NCBI RefSeq assembly: GCF_964204645.1
Contig: NC_134025.1
Location: 28,810,299-28,874,298, forward strand
Reading direction: 5' to 3'
DNA length: 64,000 nucleotides
Source: Tubulanus polymorphus
Lineage: Eukaryota; Animalia; Nemertea
Below are positions 1 to 13,000 of the stretch, one piece after another. The notes below the pieces were generated by a model, which saw nothing but the letters and a program-made list of their open reading frames with translations, had not been told where the DNA came from and did not search any database. Made by a program: the position numbers and the translations under genes. Positions within the stretch are counted from its first letter, which is position 1, and the number at the start of each line of letters is the position of its first letter.

Positions 1-225
1 CATGTAGAAATGGAAAAATTATGACCCACATATCACACAAGTGACCTCTCTGTCTGGCCCTCCTCCTGCTGGCCTGGCCCCTGCCCTACCCCTCTCTGGC
101 CCCTGCCCTGCCCTGCTCTGCTACCTGCTGCCCTCACCCTACCCTGCCCACGTGTCATGTGGGACCTAATTGTGCTTTCATCGGATTTTATAATTGGTTC
201 CGCAATTCCAAATCTGATTGATTGT

Positions 226-470
226 TAGTTAGTTACCTAATCGTTGGTGGTAAGCTTTTTATAATCGGATGGGCTTGTGAAAATATCCGATCGTGAAACT
301 AAACCACAGACAGGTTACTGACTAATTGATTGTCAGATTGATACCGAATACGGACGGCCCAGTAGTCGGTTAGGCCTACCTGTCTGTGGTTTAGTTTCAC
401 GATCGGTTCAAAAATCACAAAAATCTATCCGATCATAAAAGCTTACCACCAATGATTAGATAACTAACTA
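226..470. repeat. Fold-back (long inverted repeat) element, MITE-like, upstream of ninein
   Basis: TAGTTAGTTACCTAATCGTTGGTGGTAAGCTTTT (226-) is the near reverse complement of AAAAGCTTACCACCAATGATTAGATAACTAACTA (-470). Inner perfect 29-bp arms: CCGATCGTGAAACTAAACCACAGACAGGT (287-315) and ACCTGTCTGTGGTTTAGTTTCACGATCGG (378-406). Confidence 0.8.
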
Positions 471-1090
471 GGACGGCGGGTGAGGTGGTACCGTACGGGC
501 ATGCAGGGTAGGACTGAATGGTAGCTTGAGTCCAAAATCAACAACACGACAATCTCTTTTGACATGTGTATAGGATTGGATCGGGGTATAGCTTCGGATC
601 CTCGGCTAGTCATGGGATCGACCCCGGGTGGCAGGGCTGCTTAATTTAGGCCTAGGCTAACAGACAGTCCACTTGCACTTCATTATAGTGTTTCTTGTTG
701 TTCACAGTTTGATGAACTTTTAAGCATGTGTTTGTTGCAGGTTCAAACACAGGGCAATGATAGGCATGATTGCATATCTGTATTGTTAATTGTAAGGCTA
801 GGCTAGTCCTATTAAGAATTAACTCAGCCCTTACATGTACTGCCTATATCACTCCTTACAGCAATATAGACCTACTGTATTAATGAATATTAAAGTAAAG
901 TTATAGTTTGGCTAGTGGTTAAACACAATTCTATATACGTAGATAGGCAATTTTGGATAGAAATATCAAAAATTGGTTATGGAACCGACGAGACTCCGGT
1001 ACGTTTGGAGACAAATCAAGTTAAGGACACTTTATTAGTTATGAATAAGTTATGATAATTGTCTTATATTGCAGGAAATCTGGGAGTCTA

Positions 1091-4000
1091 ATGACTATGA
1101 GTGAAGATCATAGCATTTTAGTCGATCAACTCAAAGAATTATTCCAGTTATCGGATACCGATGGAGAAGGTCGTCTCAATCGATCGCAGATATTTTATTT
1201 ATGTCAGAAAATACAACTTCACACGGATATCGAGAATGTGGTCGATACTATCATCGCAAATAATACAACGGTTTGTGTTTAGAATCATGCTCCGGTAAAA
1301 CATGAATTACACTTTAATACCGAATGGATCAATGATGATTTGTAATGCGATCTGAAATACTTTTTAGGTAAATTTTGAAGAATTTAGAGATGGTTTCATC
1401 GAAGTGTTAGAAACATTGGAGTCTCCGGACAATGAAAATCTCCCAACACCAGGTCAGTGAAATATATTCAAAATATGTAAAATAAACTCTGCCTTACACT
1501 TAGCGTTGGGACTAAATATATCACCAAGTTGAGAATCGGTGAAAAAGAAGGTTTTCCAAATAAAATTTTTGGAAAATTCATTGACTTAGCGTTTAACCAA
1601 GTTGGCAGGAACTGACTGAGACTGAATCTACGGTAAATGGTAATGATTGTTTTGGTAATGTAAAATCTTGCACTGGGATATAGTTGAAATGTTGAATATT
1701 AACTCAAGGAATCAGAATCTTGTAATTTGTATTGTGAGATTTTATATTATCTTTACAACACGTGTTTCAATGGTTCTAATAACTTCTGAATGAATTTTTC
1801 ATTTCATATTTTAGAAGCTTCGCCCAAGTTTTTCCACGAAGGAAAACGCTATGGACGAAGATCACGTCCGGATATGACGTCTGATGTCGATAGTAGTTCC
1901 TCATCACCTCGATCTGTTCGTAAAAACCTCACAAAACAATTCAAAAAGGTAAAGATGTTTTTGAATTTAAATCTATCGCGGTGATTGTCTATGATCTATC
2001 AATCTGCAGCTGTTGTTGAATCGGATTTCAATCACGAATGTATCGGGTGAAGTCCTGAAAACATGTGAAGACTTGGCCATCAAAGATTAAAAGAATGGTG
2101 ATAGATTCAGAGTCTGGGCTGCAGATTGGTGCCTGCATATATATATTGTTCTTATCAAAAAAACATTTATTTTGTCAATTGAAATGCATACGTATTATAG
2201 AAGAGAATAAGGTAAACATTAATATGACTAATTTATGACTGCTTTATGCATGGGTCAATGTATTATTACTGTCTGTTTTGACCGCTATTCATATTTATGC
2301 ATGACAGTATTGTCCTGTTCCTATATTGTATACGTGTATATAAAATCCTCAGGTGACAGCATACCTTCAACCATTCGTATTTTCTGGACCAATGGTTTAT
2401 AACATGAAACTCACATTTAATTTTTTCGTCAATATTTAAAGACCCAAAACATGCAGGCACCAATTCCAATGTTAGTATTAACTAAAAACAGTTTCAAAGG
2501 CAAATCTTAAAGAAATTGGTCCAATTTTTGAGGAGAGCGTAAATTTGTGTCTCTACCCCAAGATAACATGCATTTCTCATCGGCATGAAATAAGCATAGT
2601 CATAAAAGCAATTATTAAACGATGTATTGAATACAATATTCATCAAATACAATAGAAATGATTGTTACAGATTGATGATAGACGGTAGTAATGAACTGTA
2701 ATTGAACGCAGTTGGGTGTGTATTAAAACTATCACAGCTGTTCAATTTAATAATTCATCTACAGTTTTACGAAACATTACAACGCGTGAGTAACTGTGAT
2801 ATCAGTACTGAATTCACGTGCAGCGATAAGTAATGTTGAAATTTTTCAAGGTAAATCTTTTTTTCTAAACCGTCTCGTTTTGAAATTAGTGATCCGGAGG
2901 GAAATATGGGATGATTGTATGGCTTTTCTATCTGAAGCATCTTCTGATGTATTCAGTGTTAATTCTTCAGGAGTATTTTATACTATACTTACTGGGTAGG
3001 TTTTGTACCGATATACTTGAAAACGTATACAGAAGAAAGACCTTGTTCATTCACGCAATCACTAATTTTTCAATGCATACACTATATCAACTGGAAAATT
3101 TCAGATTTTTACAATAAATTCACAAAACCTACTGAAAAAGTATATCAATATCAAACTCATAATCAGTAATTCAAATTGCCATGTTTTTGAACGTTTGAAA
3201 ACCTTTTACCTCTCCGTACAGGGGGTCATATATCCAGTTTTCATTTTTGTGATATTTGTATGTTTTGTGAGATGCAGCCTGTTACTGGGTTTCACAGGTG
3301 TCTCCAGTAAACCGTCATACAGCTACATATGTACCATGCACTACATACAGCGCTACGTACGAATATAGATCGAGAAGTATATTACAATCATTTCGATTAG
3401 CAGTCTGTACAGCTGTTTCTTAAATAACTCAAATTTTAATTTCACTCGCGTAACAATTAATCGCTGAATTCTTTTCTGAGCGGATGTACGTACTGTGTGT
3501 GATAAATGATAGCAATGGACGTTAGGAATTTACTATAGGATTATATAGTTGCATAGCAACATAAATGGAATACGTTAGTAGTGTTGTTAGTAGCCATGGA
3601 GAGTAAGAAGAGTAAGGATCAGGGAAGTAAGGGAAAGAAGCTTTTCTCGAATCCGTTCAAGAAAAAGAAGCCGCAACAACAAGAATCACCGTCAATAGAA
3701 GTGACAGCTCCGACAACATCTTTGAATAACGATCCTGCGATAGTTTCAGACAATACTTCAAATCAGAGCGGATTATTAAATATACCCGAATCATCGCAAC
3801 CGGCTAAATCACCTAAGGTAAAAAAGTTCAAAATGAAAAGTCCCCTCAATAAGAAGAAAAAAGTGGTAAAACCCGCGAGCAAACCGTTAACATTGGCTGA
3901 TCTGTCGACAAAAACAGACAAGGATCCGAATTTATCACCGTACGAACGAGTGGCGGCTTCTAACAGACAGCATTTACAAAACATGACCTCAAATCAGGTA

Positions 4001-7000
4001 TCAGGCGTATACAACGCACGCTTCGCTTCGGTTTCAGCGCAAGGGTTCAGCGCTTAGCAGGATTATTAGCTGGATTAGCAGGATTAGGCTATTACCAACA
4101 CTTGTCCGTCTTACTCTGAATCCATCCGATGCATAAATCATCATCATATCCATTAACTGACTTATGTATTATTTCACTAAAGTTGCATAATATCGAACTC
4201 TGCTTAGAGAAATGACTGCATTGATATTGATAATACGTTCATCTGGCATATTGTGTAAACTTCATGAACATGTTTATTTTGCATCTGGGTTTATTCATTG
4301 CTGGTTACTTAGTTACTGAATTTTATGATCCCCGGTACGTTGGTTAGAGGTTTGACTCAGGCTGGGTCAAGTTCACTGGTGCTATACCTTAAGTAGTGGT
4401 TCTATATAGTTTTACACAATCTTCTTAATCCACATCATACATACTCTCTTACACACTGTCACCTCTTTTGAGAACCAGAAAAAAATTGCACATCGATCTA
4501 ATGAAATTATATCACTCAAGATGAGTAATTACTAAGAAATGACATAGAACTCAAAGTTGTGTGGAAATAACAAAAAGAATTCAATGCAACATCAATAATC
4601 AAATGCAAATGTTTAATCTAATTTCTACAGAAATGCATTAATTCAATACATAGTATTATTTGTGGCTCCTAGAAGTTTTTTTCTGAAATCTGAGTCTCTC
4701 TTTCAGAATATTGGTGAAAATAAGGAAAAGAAGGAGGAATCGGCGAAAAATGATGCCAAAAACAAAGAAGCCAAAGAAAAGGTTGAGCCCAAGGTTGAGG
4801 AGGCACCAGCCGAGGTACCAGCTATTAAAGTTGATGAAGATACTACTGATGGAGCTGCTACAACTGAACACAATGGAGCTGCTACAACTGAACAAACTTA
4901 CGAGGCTGAAGGTAAATACTTGAGTATGCCGCTGTGAATGGGTTAACCTCATATTGAGCAGCTGTTGCCTCTTGTAAGTTGATTTGTGAGTCACAACAAT
5001 TCATTGAATATAGTAACGCCCTTAACATATACATTATCACATGCAGAATAGAAGGTTATCAAGGAATTTAAATACCATTGAATATTCCCCTTCTCTTCAA
5101 ATCCTGTAATCCTTGCATTAGAATACTAGACGGTACAGACAAAATGAAGGTCTGAAATGATAATAGCGTAATGCATATGCTTTAACTAACTGCCCATCAA
5201 TAGATTGAAAGAACTAAGTGTTTTCTAATGAATACTACATGTTTAATTAGATGATTAATATCTTCAGCCAGATGATCTGTGTTTTATAGTGATATATCGA
5301 TTTTATTCGATCTTGTCTATTGGTAACAGCAGTGTTTACTACTTGTACACGCTCTCCATACATCCGCATAGTCAGTTCTTATTCCTTTTTAATGATGAAA
5401 GGTTCAAAATCTAAGGCGGTGCACGCTGGGCACCGAGACAGAATACCTTTAAAGAAAAAGAACAACATAGGTACGCGCTTTAGGAGTTAGCTTTTCTTTG
5501 TCATTGTCAGTTATTTCTGGATCTTTTGTCTCTTGTATTTTGCAGGTCAGATGAATCGTTCTATGGCTAACATGGAGGCGCGTCAGGGCAGCCCGTCGCC
5601 TAGAACTATCGGTAACGAAGAGGAGGCTCATTTGAGGTCGATATGGGCCGATCTCGGTGTTGGAAGCGGTGGATATTTAACGATGTCCGAGTTGAATCAA
5701 GTATGCATGCATATCGGAATGGAAGAAATGGATGATAAGGTAAAATACCTCTCATCATTTCCGATTATTAGCAAAATATGTTAGTATTTTTTCCTTTTAT
5801 TTTGATGTAAAACTTGTTCTCAAACTATTTTACAGGATTTGATGCAGTTATTCGAGAATCTCGACGTAGATGGAGATGGAACCGTCAGTTTTGATGAGTT
5901 TATGTTAGGTTTATTTCAACACGGTCCGGCTAGTACGGCTTCACCCGCCGTTCAAAGTGAATCGAGACCCTTATCATCGAAGAAAATCCACCGACCTTCT
6001 TCATCTGTTACGCCATCTACAGGCGGTTCTGGGTTATTCTCAGTTCTAGATCCTCACAATACCGGGTAAGAATACCAGAGCTGCCAAATGTTCCTGACTT
6101 TCAGTATTTTGTTATAATTCTATCCCGAGTAATACCTATTTGATTTATTTGATGTGAACTGAAATGTGGAAGATGTTACCTCAGGTCTTACTGTTGATTG
6201 CTGATTAATTTGAAAATTTTCTTTCAATGAAATTTTCCTGAAACAAAAATTCAATTTATTACTGATAGCACTTCTCAGAGGTTGGCAGTGCTGGAATTCT
6301 GATTGTGTTTTGATATTACTATGTACTTTGATGAGGGCTAAGATGGTGTGTTATATTTTAGGTTCGCTCGTCCTGATGAGATAGTAGAATTATGGGAACA
6401 GTTAGGAGTTCACGATGGTAATAAAATCCTTAAGGTAAATAATTTACTATTTACTATGAAACAAACATTGTAAGACTGGTGTTGTGTATGAGGTGAGATA
6501 TCGTTGCATGTACGAATTTGAAATATCACAGAAAGTTTCTCTTGTAGTATTTAGAATATTCTATACGTGTTGATATGAAGGTAAATCAATCAATTCTAAT
6601 CGGCTTCTTTTTAGTCTCTCTTAGTATTTTTGACTCTGACGATTTTAGTCTCGAACTCTAAAAAATTATAGGAATTTGCGTTCAATCTGTCTTCTGTTCA
6701 ATTGACAATATGAGTTATTTTCACTACAATTATTGTTTATATCTCAGCAGCTCAAAGACTTTTAGATTTTGTCTTCTATATGTTTTACTTTAGCCTTTTA
6801 GTAATAAATAACTGTTGTAACTTTATGTGTTGATCACATTCTATCGAGTATTCTTGAGTCCTTTATTGTCTAATATTATATTTTTGACCACTATCAGTTG
6901 TCTAGTCTAGTCCTATCTACGCTACCTTTTCGTTGGGTCAAGCTATGCGTCAGTATATATCGGAAGTGTTTGTAGTTGAAGCTGCTAATCAATACATATA

Positions 7001-10000
7001 TTGAGTGGAACCTCAGTAACACATTGCGTAAAGGGGACTTGTCAGTCCACTTAGGAGCTTCACATCTGTGTTTAGGCAATATAAACAATTGATTTTCGTT
7101 TAAGCGCATAATCAATAACGTCGCCTATGATTATACTATTTTTCAGAATATGCAATTTGATCTGCACAGTAAAGTGAACCTACAGGAACTTTCAGCAGCT
7201 TTAGAACACGAGCTAGTCAACGGAGATCAGAAATCAGCCGCCTATAATGCAGCTGTTTTAACGTATAATCAAGAGGTTCAGTATTTAAAGTAAGTTTCCT
7301 CTGTCTTCGAGGTGTGTTCTGCGGATAACAAAAATTTGCTGATTTAAACTTTATGTTTAATTCAAAGGTCTAATCTGGAACAGACAACTGGGCATAATAA
7401 CAAGCTGCAGTCAGATTTACAGGAAGCAAATGCACGCATCAACTTCCTTGTGCACGAGGGAGATGAACGCTACCACAATTTAGAATCAACTAAAAATAAA
7501 GAAATACAGTGAGTACCGCTATATATGTACACTGAATTCTTTTATTTCTCATCTGGAGAATGTGAATTCGAAACTTTGAACTTATTTCAAACGTTTAAAT
7601 TGAACATTTTCTGAATATAAGAGTAACAATTCCGGTTTAGAAACCCACTGCCGGCCTGCTATTAGTATAACAAATTACACTTCCCCGGTAGTCCAGAATA
7701 GGTCGAGCCCCAGATGAGAATTCTGGAACCGATAGAGACCAATCAAAACCCGGCTTGTATTAGGATTTCACAGAACATCCAATACATGATGTTATTTGTG
7801 GAAATTTCAAGCTCAGGTTTTCACGCAACCCGTAACTTCAATTACTATGACTTTGTGTTCAGATTAGCGCATACCATTATGGAAATTGGCGAGACATATG
7901 AGTGAGTATATTAGAAATGGTTTCGGGCCTGAAGAGTGTTCAGATCAAATAAACCTTAGACACAGTCCTGGTGTGTTTTCTGTATACTGTAGTTTTTTTA
8001 AGAGGATGTGATTAGTAGAAATATCGTATTTATTGTTTAGTAGTGATTGTATTTACATATCCTATGAATCCTCATCCTCGGAAAAGTTTGTTCTCAATCC
8101 CCTACGTAACTAATCCCCATGGATCCATTCATGCATTTACAATTTGGGTGATTTGTATCTTTTCCATTTCAGGAGTTCATAAATGTTGATATATTATGCA
8201 CTTATTTAATGTATAAGGTATTCTCAATTTCGGTGTTCTCAATTTTTAGGACGGTCGAGAGAAAATATCAAGAACAGTTAAAGACGTTGCAGTCAGATCT
8301 GGAACAGGAACGAGATATAGGTTCAGCTAAACTAGAAACCCAACGTAAAACCATGGAGAAAGTGATCATCGATCTGAAAGAAGAAGAAACTCGACTGAAA
8401 GAAAAGGTGCAAGATCTCGGCCAAGTATGTATATCTATGATTACCTTTATCTTTACAAGACCAAATGAAGTCGGGAATGATAGCTCGGATCTAAAGCCGT
8501 CAACGTTCATATCGTTCGATTGTTTTCACAGGAAATCAGAAGATTAGAATTAGACTTACAGGAATCTCAGGAACAACTGATCGAATCAGAAAAAGTCGTC
8601 GCTCGTCAGCAAAGAGAACTGGAGACTGTCAGTGAACTACAGAGGAAGGTACATTCATTTTATTCATAATCCCATTATTTATTATATGTCGATTGATATT
8701 TATCTTATAGTTTCAAAGATTTAGTTGAGTATTTAGTTTGATGATGGATTATCCCATTTCAAGTAGATCACCATCACCCCTTGAATCACTTAGTCGATGA
8801 TTAGATGGATACATCTTCCAATCCACATATCCACGTAACCCACCTCACCCCGTACTGTTTGCAATAACCGCAGCCATTTTGCTTTTAGCTTGCTCTTGAC
8901 AATAAAATTAGAAATGAGTTTAAGGTGAAGTAATACAATATAATGTATACGGTGATGGAGGTCATTTTTATTTATGTCCACGTCCACTGCATGAGGAGCT
9001 TGGAAATATCCTGTAAACTTTCTTCAATTCATCACAAATATCTTCATTTATGTACAATTTTTTTGGTGTAAATTTGACATTGATAGTGTTTCAACTATCT
9101 GTAAATGTAATATGTGCATGCTTTCTGAAAGGTTTATGTCATTAGGCTTTGTCCTACGTAGGTTAGAACGTTTCCGTTATTCGTATACTTTTTTCAGATT
9201 ACAGCAATCATGACCTAATTCCACAGTTCTGAGTTAAGAGTTTACTCCGAATTGAAATTAGTTAATTTTCAATGTTTTAACCGAGAGTCAAATCTCAACT
9301 CGGAACTATGGAACTGGATCCTGAATTATTAACTGTTAATACAGTTTATTAACTCAGATCGCCATGTATCTGTTTGTAGATTGCTGATTTGGAGTCTTCA
9401 CACGATGTTCATAATAAAGAGCAACAACGACATTCACAAATGAAATTACACAAAGCTCACGAAGACAATAAGGTAGGAGCAATCTATAGCCACATTCACT
9501 CTATAGCCGCAATCACATGAGCAGTTTTGGCCAGGACTGACTGTTCACACGGGTGAAATTATTGCTATAGGCTCCTAAAGTGACTTCGCTTTGTGAACGC
9601 AATCTCTAATTAGGCACGGGCTAAAATTGACTAGAATCTGATTCGTCGTGCCGATTTTGGTCCATTCTGAATTGGTAATAGGGATAATGTGAATGCGGTT
9701 CATAGAGCCGTATAATCCATCATAAATACTGAGAGATCTATTCGTGAGTTATTACTGTTTGTTTATTTCTAGTTCTTACGAGATAAAAACGATGAATTGA
9801 GAGCCGAAGTAGAATCGTTGCGACATGATTTAGCCAATCAGAATCGACGTACGGCCGGTAAACGAGGTTCGTCAATTCCGATACGAAACGGCTCGAAATT
9901 GTCGGATTATACGAAACCTCATCTGAAGAAATTGGGTCCACCATCGACTGGTAAGTTTTAATCCACTTACGAAATTTATTGATATTCTAAGTTCGAACAA

Positions 10001-13000
10001 AAATATTTGAAGCAATCTTAATTTTTCTCTTAACAGAAGATTCTGATGAGGAACAAAGTCCACCTTCGGATCGACATAAATTACCAGGAAGACGTGGTGA
10101 GGGTGATGGTTACACTGAGGAAGGTTAGTTAGATTTCACATTCTGATTTATCTTTGTTCAACTTGATGAAATTTACTGGGTGGGAATAAAAAAAAACCTC
10201 GAAAAAATCAGTGAAAATTCAGGGAATTTAAATAATGCTATTGACCACGTTTCTTTGTCAATACAATGAAAAACATTTTAAACCTAGAAATGTCTCTGAT
10301 TCAATGTGGGAATTTTGTGTACCCCGGTGTACACTTTTGAAAATCATGGAAAACTCAGGGGAATGGGCAGAAAGTAGCCAGCAAGTAGGCTTGACCTGTG
10401 ATCATTTCGCTTACTGTATCACATTTTATAAAAATCTTGTACATCATAATCTTGTTTATTCATGGAAAAGTAAAGTTATCATTATATATGAATGAATTAA
10501 AGAGTTAGAATTCACTTTATTTGCAGTGAGCACTAAATTAAAAGCTGAAATCGATGCGATGAAGAGTAGCTACGAAAAACAGATTAAAAACCTGCGACAA
10601 AAGAATGATATCGAACGTCAAGACGTTGAAGAAGCATTTAAAGCGGAAATCAAAGAAATTGAAGAGAAAAATCAACGAGAAAAAGAAGATTTAATCAGAC
10701 AATATAAATATGATCGGGTAAGTTTTGCAGATTTTATCAGCTTCTATTAAAAACAATTTGTAGAGAAATACAAAATCTTGAAACTGCTTCACAGATACAG
10801 TAGAATACTTTTTACTAATTGTAGTTAGGAGATTTGAGTTATCATCAGAGTCAAAATCATTTTATTGTAAGTTAACTATATATCTATTTAGTTATTCTGA
10901 TTGTTGTAATTGTTCGGAATGTATTTAGTTTGTAGCAATAGATTTCGCTGGTATCGAACATTTCATTCAACCAAACCATTAACAATCCCGGGGCTTAAGA
11001 TTATTCCATCAATCCTACACACAACCTCTTTATTATTCATATGTATTGTATTTCCTTTTTCTTTGGTTTTAATTGCACTACTGGTTTGTCATTTTCCAAT
11101 AATGATTTTCCATCCAATTATATATTTTTTTGACGTAGTAATATCAGTTACACCTATCGGTGCAGTCAGTGTATGGATTGCAATCTACGCAGCTAGGATT
11201 TATCATATTCTCTATCGGATTAGATCTAAAATAGGATAACTTTTTATATGACACACTATGGCTGATGAAAAAGAAGTGAAAAAACAAAAACCTTCATTTT
11301 TGGCTGGATTACTCTCTCCGTTAACCAGTCCCAAAGTTGGAAGAAAGGAAGCGCCGGCAGAAGAGGAACCGAAGTCTCCTCTACAACGGTTAAAGGAGAT
11401 TTATACATTTACACCTCCGTCAAGTCCGCGTAGGAAGAAGAAAAAAACAGTCTCATTTAAAGATAACGTTGAAACTTTAGGAACTTCTTCTTCAGAAGAA
11501 GAAGAGGAGGAACCAGGAATATTTGAGTACATTACGAGAAAACTATTAGAACCACCAGAGGATGAGGAATCAAAACCTGCAAATAATGAAAAGAATGTAA
11601 AAGGAAATGAGGAAACTGATAAAGCGTCGACTGGACAAGATAAAGATAAAGATAAAGAGAATGTGGACTCCAGTCAACAAGTGGATCCCGTAAAAAACAA
11701 CTGCAAAGAGGATGACAAGAATTCTGATGATCATATGGACCCATCTAATTCATACATGGATCATATTCCAGACCCAGTGTTGGATGAACAACCACTGGAA
11801 GATCAGCTTCATGAAACAGGACCACAGCTGGAGTCAAAACCAAATAGGATCTCGGAGCCCGAATCAGGAAGAGAAGATTTGATACATCCAGATAATACAT
11901 CAAAAGCTCTTTTGAAACTAACAGACTCATGGATAAAACGAGAAAATACACCACAAATTCGCTCCAGACCAACAGACTCATTGATAAAACCAGAAAATAC
12001 ACCACAAACTCGCTCCAGACCAACGGACTCATTGATAAAACCAGAAAATACACCACAAACTCGCTCCAGACCAACAGACTCATTGATGAAACCAGAAAAT
12101 ACACCACTAACACGCTCCAGACCAACAGACTCATTGATAAAACCAGAAAATACACCACAAACTCGCTCCAGACCAACAGACTCATTGATAAAACTAGAAA
12201 ATACACCACAAACTCGCTCCAGACCAACAGACTCATTGTTAAAACCAGAAAATACACCACTAACTCACTCCAGACCAACGGACTCATTGATAAAACCAGA
12301 AAATACACCACAAACTCACTCCAGACCAACGGACTCATTGATAAAACCAGAAAATACACCACAAACTCACTCCAGACCAACGGACTCATTGATAAAACCA
12401 GAAAATACACCACAAACTCACTCCAGACCAACGGACTCATTGATAAAACCAGAAAATACACCACTTACTCGCTCCAGACCAACAGACTCATTGATAAAAC
12501 CAGAAAATACACCACGAACTCACTCCAGACCAACGGACTCATTGATAAAACCAGAAAATACACCACAAACTCACTCCAGACCAACGGACTCATTGATAAA
12601 ACCAGAAAATACACCACTTACTCGCTCCAGACCAACAGACTCATTGATAAAACCAGAAAATACACCACGAACTCACTCCAGACCAACGGACTCATTGATA
12701 AAACCAGAAAATACACCACGAACTCGCTTGATTTCAAGACGTAGATCTTCCTTGGATTCTTCTTTGCCATTGATTGCAAATAATGTGCAAACAAGACCAT
12801 CGGGGCCATGTGCTGGGACTGGTACTTTGAAAAATCCTACACTATCAAGACATCACTCTAAAGACTCTTTCACTTCACGGAAAATTCGACCAGTGGTGAC
12901 AATCAAAAATAAAACAGTGAATGATACCAGTCGTGACTCATATGATAATGATAATCATCAGCGGTCTAGAGTGTTGAGAGAGGTTCACATTGAACCCGAA

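Noticed and set aside
50-150. C-rich CTGCCC/CTGGCCC run
   Set aside because: Low-complexity sequence with no coherent unit or ORF, near the window edge.
2911-2995. Hydrophobic ORF with a possible phase-1 donor as another ninein first exon
   Set aside because: The frame is ambiguous and the start context weak, so it cannot be distinguished from chance.
10910-11239. 109-aa hydrophobic ORF resembling a membrane protein
   Set aside because: TTG start in T-rich intronic sequence that naturally yields Phe/Ile/Leu; no convincing splice signals.
11921-12727. CRISPR-like array
   Set aside because: The units are contiguous with no unique spacers, there are no cas genes, and the context is eukaryotic.
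11745-12744. Long alternative-frame and antisense ORFs (271 aa +, 239 aa -) over the 51-bp repeat
   Set aside because: They are by-products of a stop-free unit whose length is a multiple of 3, and they end at or near the array edges.
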